Assembly: GCA_963717525.1 (NCBI GenBank)
Contig: OY970343.1
Coordinates: 1,664,001 to 1,728,000 of the forward strand
From: an uncultured Methanoregulaceae archaeon
GTDB lineage: Archaea > Halobacteriota > Methanomicrobia > Methanomicrobiales > Methanospirillaceae
Direction: 5' to 3'
DNA: 64,000 nt
Part shown: in pieces, positions 63,249 through 64,000 of the stretch
Position numbering within the stretch: position 1 is the first letter of the stretch
How the letters are laid out: every line of letters starts with the position of its first letter
Program-made: the position numbers and the translations under genes
Notes under the pieces: generated by a model
What the model was told of the DNA's origin: nothing
Databases searched by the model: none
Seen by the model: the letters and a program-made list of their open reading frames with translations, nothing else

Positions 63249-63622
63249 TGTTTGATTCCTACGCGAAGAACACGCTCCGGTATTTCCCGGAAAAGTGCAT
63301 CAACTGCCGGCGCTGCACGCAGGTCTGCCCCCATGGCGTTTTCGCCGAAGGGGAAGACCGGGCTGAACTCGTCCGCCCTTCAGGATGCATGGAGTGCGGC
63401 GCATGTGCTCTCAACTGTCCGGTACAGGCAATTGAGGTGCAGAGCGGTGTCGGGTGCGCATGGGCCATGATCGGTGCTGCACTCAGGGGAAAGGACATGG
63501 ACAGCTGCGAATGCAGCTGCGGGGGGCCGGAGAGTTCCTGCTGCGGCGGCGAAACAAAAGAAGAACCGTGTTCGTGCGGGACTGAGGAAGGGGGTGTAAT
63601 TGCGGACCATGAAATCAGATGA
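63248..63622 (+). CDS. hgcB: Mercury methylation ferredoxin
   Basis: CINCRRC..VCP and CMECGAC..NCP; GVGCA; Cys-rich tail. Confidence 0.95.
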   Translation: MFDSYAKNTLRYFPEKCINCRRCTQVCPHGVFAEGEDRAELVRPSGCMECGACALNCPVQAIEVQSGVGCAWAMIGAALRGKDMDSCECSCGGPESSCCGGETKEEPCSCGTEEGGVIADHEIR

Positions 63623-64000
63623 AGCATATGCCACATTTATGAGAGGTTTCTCCTGCTCGGCGGCAGGTACTCAGCAGTTTTGCTGAAGAACTCGGTCTTG
63701 ACAAAGAAACGGCGTACAAAATTGCCTGCGGGTTTGGCTCCGGGCTTTCCCGGACCGATAATATCTGCGGTGCGGTGTCCGGGGCAATTATGGTCATCGG
63801 GCTCAAATACGGCAAGGTAATGCCGAAGGATAACGCCGCAAGGGATAAAACTCAGATGCTCGTGCAGCAGTTCCTCCAGGAATTTACCGTAAAGAACGGC
63901 TCGGTCAACTGCACAGACCTGCTGGGATATAACCTTGGCAATCAGGAAGAATACGTCACGGCACGCGACAAGAAACTCTTTGTCACAAAATGCCCGGCGC
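63609..64000 (+). CDS. C-GCAxxG-C-C family redox protein (partial, frameshift near 63666)
   Basis: GFSCS, ACGFGSG...ICGAVSGA, GSVNC.DLLG. Confidence 0.85.

Overview
Archaeal DNA, probably a Methanoregula-like methanogen (inferred from an MTH865-family gene, a PGF-CTERM protein, a RRWWIRRQNP-tailed surface protein and hgcAB). The window is an accessory-gene-rich region. It holds (1) surface proteins, several toxin-antitoxin pairs and two orphan phage-tail-tube genes at 1-9.5 kb; (2) a lower-GC defence-like island at 12-20 kb with a TIM-barrel, AbrB, tandem GIY-YIG, PLD-helicase-DUF3427 and PIN-GNAT-PUA + ASCH genes, bounded by a dispersed ~55-80 bp repeat; (3) remnants of a small integrative element, including two copies of a 167-aa unknown protein each followed by a tiny membrane ORF; (4) a redox/oxidative-stress cluster (msrA/msrB, DipZ-like redoxins, ccdA, desulforedoxin-like, flavoproteins); (5) signalling and transport genes; and (6) an arsR-hgcA-hgcB mercury-methylation locus at the right end. 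The most striking unannotated signal is a family of ~79-bp imperfect hairpins (GGTGCTGTT...AACAGAACC). Their ends are conserved, their interiors vary but stay palindromic, and same-orientation pairs flank single genes like cassettes. There are also two copies of a ~250-nt putative structured ncRNA. Many genes carry single-base frameshifts that may be long-read assembly errors. All product calls come from motif recognition, not database searches.
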